Part shown: piece after piece, positions 54,281-64,000 of the stretch
Position numbering within the stretch: the first letter of the stretch is position 1
How the letters are laid out: every line of letters begins with the position of its first letter
NCBI GenBank assembly: GCA_013239625.1
Contig: MU053561.1
Span: forward strand, 188,826 to 252,825
DNA length: 64,000 bases
Source of the DNA: Lama guanicoe
Lineage: Eukaryota
Direction of reading: 5' to 3'
The notes under the pieces: model-generated
Databases searched by the model: none
The model's input: only the letters and a program-made list of their open reading frames with translations
What the model was told of the DNA's origin: nothing
Translations under genes and position numbers: made by a program

Positions 54281-55539
54281 ACAGATCCAACACAAACGTA
54301 GAAAGCATTCTAGCTCTATAAGTCATCAATGCCGGAATATAATGCAGATATTAACAATGTTACATATGACAATGATTTAGCAAAATAGGAAAAGACATAA
54401 ATTAGCTGAGAAAGCAGGATAAAAATTACATTATGTCTTGACTATAACTATTTGAAATGTACACAGGGAGGAACAACTGAATACAGTACACCAAAGTGCT
54501 ATCAGTGGTGGTATTATAAGTAATTTTCCTTTAATTTTAAAATATGTATCATTTATAATTTAAACAAAGATATGGCAATAAATGGAATTAGTTCTTTCTT
54601 TACTGGCTTTATCTTCAATACATTGAAGGCAGTATTTAAAAATAAAAAGTTGTAGTGTGAAAGTAACCTGCAGAATTGTCTGACCTTCTCTCATCTAGGG
54701 GGGCTAGAAGCAGGGGAATGAAGCCCTTGAGTTGCCCCAGGTTTGGAGGCTAAGCAAGAGACTGGGTGTCATCCAGTAGGGGAGCATAAAGGAGGTGTGT
54801 GATCAAGCCCTGTCTCACAATAAGCTTGGGAGACCCGGCTTACAATAAATGATAAGAGGACGACTTGTTCAGTGCCCAAGTGGGTGGTCTGAACAATGGA
54901 TGGGCCGGGATCTCCAAGGCAGAGACCTGTGGGCAGGCATGCACACCATGCACAGGTCAACCGTGTGCCACTGGAGTGGTCAGAAAGACCTGGGCTGTGC
55001 CACTGCTTAGCAGCTCTGTGATCTTGGACAACTTCTCAGGCTTCACGTTCTCTGTCCAAGAAATGGGATTAATAATAACCTACTCGTAAGCTGGCTGGAG
55101 CATTATAAACAATAAAGCAGGTAACGTGCTTAATACAATGCCTAACAGCACAGTAAATCTCCATAAATGTTTACTGCCATTATCACTATTAATGTGATTG
55201 TTATTACTATTATCCACAAATATTTATGACGGAGGGAGCTGATTTCGAGTAGGGGCACTCTGAATTACTCGCAGGGAGTTCAGAAGGTGTCCTGAGTGCA
55301 GTTCTCTCTCACCTCTAGAACAATGTCGTGGGTTCACCCCAGGCCTTCCGGAGGGAAGAGGGAGCTGTGCAAGGAGGAACTCCACAGTGGTTCTTCTTTT
55401 GCTAATTTTCGTGCTAGTTCCCCACTTTTGAACAGGTGCATATTACTCCAGAGCACCCTTTCACCTTCCTCTCCCATTCTTCCGTTCTGCTTTTCTTCTC
55501 TTCAGCTCTTCTTACTTCCCTTTTCCTCTCAAAACCCCA

Positions 55540-56941
55540 AGCGGTGGATAAGCAAGGAACTAGACTATGTTTTGCATGTTCCAAGTTTGCCTCTTTGAAG
55601 ACAACTTGAAGATTGTCTCCTAATGCCAGCACTTGGAGTTTACCTAAGTCAGTCTGTAGTCTGTGTTCACCCTAGCCACTCCTTCACTTACAAATACATC
55701 TATACCTCCAACCATTGTCTTCAGTAAATAGCCTTAAATTATAGCCATCAGTAGATAGGCAAGCATTCCAGACCATAAGAGTTCAATTAAGGAAGGCTCT
55801 TTTGAAGTAACTATATCTTGCAAAAGAAATCAATACAGGTGTGAACTGTCCACAGGGCTCTTGCCAGCAATGAGGTGTACTTTCCTGGACTCAGATGTAG
55901 ATCTTACTGTGGGAAACATTCTCATGTTGCTAGCATCTGTTCTTTTCTTGCTTAGATTTTCAGTAAGTGTCATAAGAGGGACGGAGTCAATGGTTTGAAA
56001 GAAAAATGATTAGGCCAGTGGTCTGAGCAAGAGAACAGAGTAGTCATACTACACTTTTTTTTTTAACAGAAATTAGAATAATTAAAAACAAGTTGGTATC
56101 CAGATCAAGTACAACCATCACTCACCTGCTGAATTCCAAGTTCACATTCCATTCCACACTGGCGAATAATAATGATGTACTTTCAGCTTTGTTGGAAACC
56201 CTACCGGTATATTTACAAGGACATTATCTTCAGCAACAGATACCTGCTCTGAGCCCAGCAATTACCACCTCTGTCTCTGCACACATTAGCACACACACAC
56301 ACACCACTGATTTGTACTTTCCTATAAAATTACTCTTTCCCTTTTTAATTAGAATGTTTTCAGAAGTAAACCCTGTCGTTAAGACCATGTACGCTTCCAT
56401 CATAAAAACCTGTTGCCAGCCATTAATTATCTCCTGATGAATTACTTTAGAAGTTTTTTTTACTGCTTACTTTTAAAAGTTGGGATTTCTTTTCCTTATT
56501 TTTGATGCCCCCATCCTTATACTTCATTAACTATTCTGAATTCCACCTAAGTGGACTTACATGTGATCTGCACTCAGATAGTATCAAGATTTTTTCCAAA
56601 CTTTAAGGTGGAAACTTTCTGTTGCCTGGACCTCACTGCTCAAGAATTTCTTGGCTAACTTGTGAGGGAAGAATATAAGAATGTTGGGTAGGAACAATTG
56701 AGTAGTTTCTGAGAACAAACACCTTAACATTTCACAAATATCCAGAGTTGCATAACCACTTTAGTGACCGAAACACTGCGACTCATCCAATAATATTGTG
56801 GGTTGTTAATTACACACTTGTGGATTTATGCTGTTCTTGGATTGGGGTGATGTCCTGGTTCTTACAGGTCATTTCTTTTTTACATCATTATATATAAAAA
56901 GTATATACCCAGTTAGGAATGGAAGTGTAATACCTCCCAAC
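55540..56941 (-). pseudogene. Three fossil LRR exons (56941-56561, 56276-56126, 56022-~55540)
   Basis: Acceptors tattttag|, gtgtgcag|, ctcttgctcag|; donors |gtaagt (56560) and |gtgagt (56125); L*NVKVFVLRNYSI, P*SLEKILILS, EQVSVAEDNVLVNIPVGFPTKLKV, GLECLPIY/DGYNL, KLQVLALGDN (55641-55612). Confidence 0.6.
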
Positions 56942-57879
56942 CTAAAATACTTAAAAGAAAAATTTAAGTCAGGCAGTACTAACGTGAGCATTCCTATACT
57001 AATTTTCCTGCTTATCTCATGCATTGCAGAGAACTTTGAATTCCTAGTTAAGTTTTATAGGAGCCATTGTCATATAGTACATGTACATGAGGAAGATTTA
57101 ATTATACAAGGAGAATCTTAAATTCTCTCCTTGACATCAATTAAATTGAGATAATCACATTCCTAAAAGGGCAAAAATATATCGAGAAGCTCACATTACA
57201 ATTTCTTATATTACTCATCTGGGTCTACACTCAGTTAAAGGGTCTGACTGGCTCCTGATTCTCAGCACTAGTTTGACTCTTGAGATTAATGCCTGCCTTC
57301 TGGAACTTGTCCCCTGTTTGGCTGAACTTGTGGACCTCTCTGATGTGAGTCTTTATTGGACACTTACTCCATGCAAGACATAGAACCAACTGCTGTGGGA
57401 TTACAAATATGAGTAAGAAATGGTTCTTGTGTTCACACTGTATACAGTCTAGTTGTATAGGCCACCTCAGGTCATTTATATGTTGCTGGCTGGAGACAGG
57501 ATGAAATGAAATTGGCCTTAGAATTAATCACAGTGCCCTCTACTTTCCCAGAGGCCTGTGCTTTATCACTGTTGTCGTTATGTTGTTTGTATGCTGGCCT
57601 CCCTCACTGCCCTGTGATCTCTAGAGAACAGGGGCCGGGTCTGATTGCTGTCTGTACTGCCGCAGAGTCAAGGACGTGCTTTGCTGAGGGTAGGCTCTCA
57701 AAAGATGCTTTTAAATAAAAGCACGCATTCGCATTCGCTTGCTTAGGTTTCCTAGTTACAGTGGGTCAGCTTGCTCTGTATCAAAATGGAAGTGATAAGA
57801 AGCTGTGCCCAGACCTCTGCCCAGAGGTCCCCACACGAAATATCACTTTGGATGGGCTTCACAGTGTTGCAGGAAGGGA

Positions 57880-58120
57880 CAGTGGGATGAAACTGAGTAA
57901 GAAATCAGAAACAGTGGGGTTTTGTCTCAGCTCTGTCACCAATTACTTGCTTAACCCTAGGCAAGACACTTATCCTCTATCTCAGTTTCTTCATCTGTGA
58001 AATGGGGATAATAATGACTGGCTTGGCTATTTCCCACGATTGCTTTGAGGATCAAATGAGATAATATACTTAAAAGTGTTTTGGAAAACCTACAGCACTG
58101 CACAAATGCAAGGCATTATT
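57880..58120 (+). mobile_element. MIR SINE
   Basis: ctcagtttcttcatctgtgaaatggggataataat...gaggatcaaatgagata. Confidence 0.8.
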
Positions 58121-58805
58121 TTGCAAAGAAGTCTTCCCTTTAATTCCTGCTTCCACAAGCACTTCATTACACACCCCTGGGTTCCTGGGTTATGTGGTGA
58201 GATGTGTGGAGTAGCTTGATTTGCCAAGCTATGAAATAGCCTAACATATCACCCTATACTTGAATCTCTTCTTCAACATATATAGTGTTTAGCTGATTTA
58301 GCATTGGATTTTCCAAAAGACCTAGACTTTGCATTAATCTTGCACCTCTCTCTCAATTCATATAGCTATATATACTCCTCAGTCAATATTTATTTCAAAC
58401 ATATATTTTTGAGCAGTATGTGTGATAACTACTGTGCTACGAACTGGGGCAAAATAGACAAATAACATAGGATTCTCATTGAGAATTTTTTTCAGCTTAT
58501 TGGATCTGAAAGAACAGACACAATAACAAATAAGTGCCTAATTCTGCATTTGTTTTGAAAGGCGATTTTACACGTGCGTTATAATTAGTAAAGACTAATG
58601 TATATTTTTAGTTTTGACAAAACCCAAACTAATTGTGACTCTTATTCATGTTTATCTACTGCGAATTGTCCATAGATTTTAATTTAGTTTTGGAGACTGA
58701 GATTTTTTTTCCCAATGAACGTCTGTGGGATTTCATTTTTCTTTGTATCAGTCAAGCTATGGAAGTTTAAGGAATAGCAATAGCCATGTTGAGTTGTAGG
58801 ATCAC

Positions 58806-59112
58806 CTGAATGCTTTCCTGCCAATTTCTCCTATACAGTAGGATTTGCTTTCAGTCGAGCACTGTCCTTATGGAAGACCAGTCCCCAATCTAGTTGAGTA
58901 ATTAAACTGTTGAGTACATTTGGTTGACATCACCAGGTAGATCCTGGCATTTTACGTCCTCAGATGCTACTCAAGTTTTGAGACACCACCACAAGACCCC
59001 TGGCTTCTCATAGGGATCAGGGAAACAGTCACCTAAGCGCACACAGTGGAATTTAGGCTTAGCTTTGAGGACAGACCTCAATAGTGGAAAGCATTTTTCA
59101 GAGCAATTCCAT
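58806..59112 (-). pseudogene. Fossil first coding exon: start, LRRNT and first LRR
   Basis: gcaggATGG; MELL*KMLSTIEVCPQS*; QDLPGDVNQM / LNSLITQLDWGLVF / KQILLYRRN; donor cag|gtgatc. Confidence 0.45.
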
Positions 59113-59666
59113 CCTGCTAGTCAGTCAGGTTCCTCCTAGCTCTCCTTAAAGCAGTCAACAGCTGTGGCTGCTACTCTTGAACACAGTTTCCCCACTTCTA
59201 GCTACATGGATCTTTTGCCTGCTTGTCTATTCCATCAAACCTCCTTTTCCTGCGTGTCCTCTATCCGGGAATAGCTCATCATGCTTCAAGATACTGAGGT
59301 CATTGCTGATTCTTGGTCTACCTTTCCTCTCACACCTAAGCAGTTCCCAGTTTTAGGAGCAAATACCCATCTTTTCTGCATTCCCACAGCCCCTGCCTAA
59401 GGGACAATTTTGGGGGGACACTCTCTAGTCTCTATTGTTCACCTGCCTCTATACTCACTTCCTCTGCCTGAGACAGCTTAGACCTCTAACCAGGAGAACT
59501 CTCCTCTTCTTTACCTCATTAATCATCTGGTCCTCCAATTCTTAGTCCAGCTGTTGACACACAGTCCCTCAACTGTGAACCCACAACATTCTACTTGTTA
59601 CACTGGATAAAACTGTTGGTTACTTGTCTCTCTGTATCTCTCAGCTCTTAATACAGGATTTGGCAT

Positions 59667-62183
59667 CTAACATAGACGCCAAAATCCTCACCAAAATTTT
59701 AGCAAATAGAATCCAACAACACATAAAAAAGATTATACATCATGACCAAGTGGGGTTCATCCTAGGGACACAAGGCTGGTTCAACATACGCAAATCAATC
59801 AATGTAATACATCACATCAACAAGAGAAAGGACAAAAACCACATGATCATCTCAATTGATGCAGAAAAAGCATTTGATAAAATTCAACACCCATTTATGA
59901 TAAAAACTCTCGCCAAAGTGGGTATAGAGGGAACATATCTCAACATAATAAAAGCTATATATGACAAACCTACAGCCAGCATAGTTCTCAACGGTGAAAA
60001 ACTCAAAAGCTTCCCACTAAAATCTGGGACAAGACAAGGATGCCCACTATCACCACTCCTATTCAACATAGTCCTGGAAGTCCTAGCCACAGCAATCAGG
60101 CAAGAGAAAGAAATAAAAGGGATCCAAATTGGAAAAGAAGAGGTAAAAGTGTCATTATATGCTGATGACATGTTACTATATATAGAAAACCCTAAAAGGT
60201 CCACACAAAAGCTACTAGAGCTGATTGAAGAATTCAGCAAGGTAGCAGGTTACAAAATTAATGTTCAAAAATCAGTTGCATTTCTTTACACTAACGATAA
60301 ATCAACAGAAAAAGAAAGTAAAGAAACAATCCCCTTTAAAATAGCACCCAAAGTAATAAAATATCTGGGAATAAATCTAACCAAGGAGGTGAAAGAATTA
60401 TACACAGAAAACTATAAACCATTGATGAAGGAAATTAAAGAAGACTTTAAAAAATGGAAAGATATTCCATGCTCTTGGATTGGAAGAATCAATATTGTTA
60501 AAATGGTCACACTGCCCAAGGCAATCTACAGATTTAATGCAATCCCTATCCAATTACCCAGGACATATTTCACAGAACTAGAACAAATCATAATAAAATT
60601 TATATGGAACCATCAAAGACCTAGAATTGCTAAAGCATTACTGAAGAGAAAGAAAGAGGCTGGAGGAATAACTCTCCCAGACTTCAGACAATACTATAGA
60701 GCTACAGTCATCAAGACAGCATGGTATTGGTACCAAAACAGACATATAGACCAATGGAACAGAATAGAGAGCCCAGAAATGAACCCACAAACTTTTGGTC
60801 AACTCATCTTCGACAAAGGAGGCAAGAATATACAATGGAATAAAGACAGTCTCTTCAGCAAATGGTGTTGGGAAAACTGGACAGCAGCATGTAAAACAAT
60901 GAAGCTAGAACACACCCTTACACCATATACAAAAATCAACTCAAAATGGATTAAAGACTTAAACATAAGACAAGATACAATAAACCTCCTAGAGGAAAAC
61001 ATAGGCAAAACATTATCTGACATACATTTCAAAAATTTTCTCCTAGAAGAAATAAAAGCAAGAATAAACAAATGGGACCTAATGAAACTTACAAGCTTCT
61101 GCAGAGCAAAGGAAACCAGAAATAAAACAAGAAGAAAACCTACGGAATGGGAGAAAATTTTTGCAAGTGAAACCGACAAAGGCTTGATCTCCAAAATATA
61201 TAAGCAGCTCATACGACTCAATAAGAAAAAAATAAACAACCCAATCCAAAAATGGGCAGAAGACCTAAACAAGCAATTCTCCAAGGAAGACATACAAATG
61301 ATCAAAAAGCACATGAAAAAATGTTCAATATCACTAATTATCAGAGAAATGCAAATCAAAACTACAATGAGGTATCACCTCACACCAGTCAGAATGGCCG
61401 TCATTCAAAAATCCAAAAATGACAAATGCTGGAGAGGCTGTGGAGAAAGGGGAACCCTCCTACACTGCTGGTGGGAATGCAGTTTGGTGCAGCCACTATG
61501 GAAAACAGTGTGGAGATTCCTCAAAAGACTAGGAATAGACTTACCATATGACCCAGGAATCCCACTCCTGGGCTTGTACCCAGAAGGAAATCTACTTCAG
61601 GATGACACCTGCACCCCAATGTTCATAGCAGCACTATTTACAATAGCCAAAACATGGAAACAGCCTAAATGTCCATCAACAGGTGACTGGATAAAGAAGA
61701 GGTGGTATATTTATACAATGGAATACTACTCAGCCATAAAAACCGACAACATAATGCCATTTGCAGCAACATGGATGCTCCTAGAGAATGTCATTCTAAG
61801 TGAAGTAAGCCAGAAAGAGAAAGAAAAATACCATATGAGATCGCTCATATGTGGAATCTAAAAAACAAAAACAAACAAACAAACAAAAACAAAGCATAAA
61901 TACAGGACAGAAATAGACTCATGGACAGAGAATACAGACTTGTGGTTACCAGGGGGGTAGAGGGTGGGAAGGGATAGACTGGGATTTCAAAATTGTAGAA
62001 TAGATAAACAAGATTACACTGTATAGCACAGGGAAATATACACAAAATGTTATGATAAATCACAGAGAAAAAAATGTGACAATGAGTGTGTATATGTCCA
62101 TGAATGACTGAAAAATTGTGCTGAACACTGGAATTTGACACAACATTGTAAAATGATTATAAATGAATAAAAAATGTTAAAAA
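59667..62183 (+). mobile_element. Young 5'-truncated L1 retrotransposon with 3' UTR, A tail and TSD
   Basis: Starts abruptly at NIDAKIL; polyA signal aataaa and A tail near 62166-62185; flanked by aatacaggatttggcat (59650) and aatacaggatctggtat (62184). Confidence 0.97.
59669..61861 (+). CDS. L1 ORF2p fragment (reverse transcriptase + C-terminal CCHC; endonuclease missing)
   Basis: Uninterrupted frame with [14 protein letters not shown] and [18 protein letters not shown]; the first ~15 codons of the ORF-track call are flanking DNA. Confidence 0.93.
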   Translation, partial: NIDAKILTKILANRIQQHIKKIIHHDQVGFILGTQGWFNIRKSINVIHHINKRKDKNHMIISIDAEKAFDKIQHPFMIKTLAKVGIEGTYLNIIKAIYDKPTASIVLNGEKLKSFPLKSGTRQGCPLSPLLFNIVLEVLATAIRQEKEIKGIQIGKEEVKVSLYADDMLLYIENPKRSTQKLLELIEEFSKVAGYKINVQKSVAFLYTNDKSTEKESKETIPFKIAPKVIKYLGINLTKEVKELYTENYKPLMKEIKEDFKKWKDIPCSWIGRINIVKMVTLPKAIYRFNAIPIQLPRTYFTELEQIIIKFIWNHQRPRIAKALLKRKKEAGGITLPDFRQYYRATVIKTAWYWYQNRHIDQWNRIESPEMNPQTFGQLIFDKGGKNIQWNKDSLFSKWCWENWTAACKTMKLEHTLTPYTKINSKWIKDLNIRQDTINLLEENIGKTLSDIHFKNFLLEEIKARINKWDLMKLTSFCRAKETRNKTRRKPTEWEKIFASETDKGLISKIYKQLIRLNKKKINNPIQKWAEDLNKQFSKEDIQMIKKHMKKCSISLIIREMQIKTTMRYHLTPVRMAVIQKSKNDKCWRGCGERGTLLHCWWECSLVQPLWKTVWRFLKRLGIDLPYDPGIPLLGLYPEGNLLQDDTCTPMFIAALFTIAKTWKQPKCPSTGDWIKKRWYIYTMEYYSAIKTDNIMPFAATWMLLENVILSEVSQKEKEKYHMRSLICGI

Positions 62184-64000
62184 AATACAGGATCTGGTAT
62201 GTGGTAAATATTCACCAAAATGCCACTTAATGGGTTGAACTTACTTGCTCTCATCTCCCAGTCTTCACTGATTCCAGTTTCTTCCCTTGATTTTCAGTTC
62301 CCTTTTTGTACCCAATTTATATCCATAGCTTCCTTCAAAACATGTCTTTTCAAACACCTCTTCAGTCATAGCCTTTCCCTACTTTCATTCATAACATTTA
62401 CTCTGTATTCCTCTAGGAATGTATGCAATAAGTTCAACATAGTAACAAAACCAACAAAAGTTATATGTGACCATAATAAATGCTTTCCTAGAAATAGTCA
62501 CCTTGAGAAAATTGCACACCTATTTTAATAATGTTGTCATAGACTCAGTTGTTTCAGGAGCTGCTCTTTGGGGATGACTAACTTTACATTCTTCTGGATA
62601 TTTTTTCATGGTGACAAATCTAATCTTTGTAGGTGATTTAAAAATTTTGTATACGGTCAAGTCACTATGAACTAACTATATTTAGTGAGTAAGAAGAATG
62701 ATCAAGCTGCTTACTCCATAGGTCAACAACTAAAAAGTAATGTTATCATCTTTCTCTGAACATATTTGCACAAGGGAAATTCCAAAACTATTTTGACTGA
62801 TTATGTTATTTTCGAAAAGAGTTTCCAGCACCCTAAGGTGACCACTTTCAATAGTAGTACATGCTTATCTATTATAAAGTGCTTATTAAAATTCAGCTTG
62901 GAACGTCATAGGCCTATGATCATACTGACTTGCACTTGTTTAACGTTGTTTTATTTATATTCTAGTAACATCTCTTAGGTGATAGAGATTGGGAATGAGT
63001 AAGGTTATGGTCCTTGCCCATAGAGACCTCCTAATCTGATTGAGAAGCTAGAAATACAAACAGTCCTGTTTGAAAAATAGGTAACAGTGTAAGATAAAGA
63101 AGCAGTACAGCGGAGGGACTGTGAGGGGTAGAAATTCATTACAATGTCGACAGAGCCTTCTTAGGACTGAAGGATGAATGGTTAGAAGTTCACCAAGAGG
63201 AGGAGGGAAGGGGACTACAAGAATCATTCCCCCCAAAAAAGAAGAAAAAAAAAGTCATTCCAAACCAAGGGAGCAGAAGGTACAGAGACTGAAACAAGAA
63301 GATATGTTCAGGGGAATCTCAAGTCATTCAACATTGCTCTTGTGTAAAGTTCACAGTTGGGGCAGAGAAGATGAGATGTGGAGCCCAATGAAGTGAAGGC
63401 CATTTTTAGAAGTTTGGACTCTATCAGGCTCTGTGGGTAGGATTTCCCTTCCCAACAGGATCATAAACTCCCACATCCAATTAGTCACACAGGTTTGCCC
63501 CCCTGCCCCCATTCTTTTCTTCAAGATTGTCTGAGATCCATTCTTTCCTTTTCATTCTGACATTTACCTCATTACTTCAGGCCTTCATCACCCCATGCCT
63601 GGACTGTTTCACAGACTCCTGACTGGTCCTTGGACTCTAGTTCACCTTTTGCTCCTGACAATCAATTTTTCACGGGATTATCGGAGCAACTTTCCTTTCC
63701 ATCAAGTCTCACTCTTGTTCAAAAACTTTCAATGGTTTTTTTTTTAATGATCTGAGATATAACTGTACCCCTCATCCCCTCCCTGCTTGTCGTTCAAGGT
63801 CCTGCATAATCTGGTCCCAAACTCCTTTCCCTCCTTGACTCCCGTCATTGCTAATAGTGCCAGACCTCATCTACAGTTTCCCTTATCTTATTTGCTTTTA
63901 TGATGTCTCTCCCCTGGAATGCCATGCTCACACAAACTTTTTGTTTATTTCAGCTCTTTTCTTACAAATAGCAAGCCCACTTGTACCCATTCCTGATCAC

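Larger units (their letters stand above)
36390..59112 (-). pseudogene. Decayed multi-exon pseudogene: LRR + F5/8-type-C (discoidin) x3 + Ig + C-type lectin mosaic protein
   Basis: About 15 exon-like islands of unique sequence between repeats, all on the minus strand. Many have a polypyrimidine-AG acceptor and/or a GT donor, and their domain motifs are in a coherent N-to-C order (individual exons listed separately). Multiple stops and frameshifts. Confidence 0.6.

Noticed and set aside
59884..61359. Minus-strand ORFs of 118, 65 and 186 aa
   Set aside because: Antisense shadows of L1 ORF2.
1..64000. Prokaryotic-type systems (CRISPR arrays, operons, defence islands)
   Set aside because: The sequence is mammalian and repeat-rich; no regularly spaced repeat-spacer array or gene-dense block is present.

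Overview
Mammalian genomic DNA, very probably camelid, judged from tRNA-derived Vic-1-like SINEs and a young L1. It is dense in old L2, MIR, L1M, HAL1, MaLR and hAT repeats, and I see no intact host protein-coding gene. The only long ORF is a 5'-truncated young L1 ORF2 (59.67-62.18 kb). Manual translation across stops and frameshifts suggests two heavily decayed, convergently oriented fossil genes that the ORF track does not show. (1) A single-exon Toll-like receptor pseudogene of the TLR11/TLR12 type (+ strand, ~31.2-34.2 kb; LRRs, LRRCT, TIR boxes). It is interrupted by a MER53 and a MIR, which suggests it died very early in eutherian history. (2) A multi-exon pseudogene (- strand, ~59.1-36.4 kb) whose exon remnants read LRRNT-LRRs-LRRCT, Cys repeat, F5/8-type-C (discoidin) x2, Ig, discoidin, C-type lectin. 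I do not recognise this architecture in any living eutherian gene. All domain calls are by-eye motif matches to degraded sequence and need profile or synteny confirmation. Repeat boundaries are approximate.
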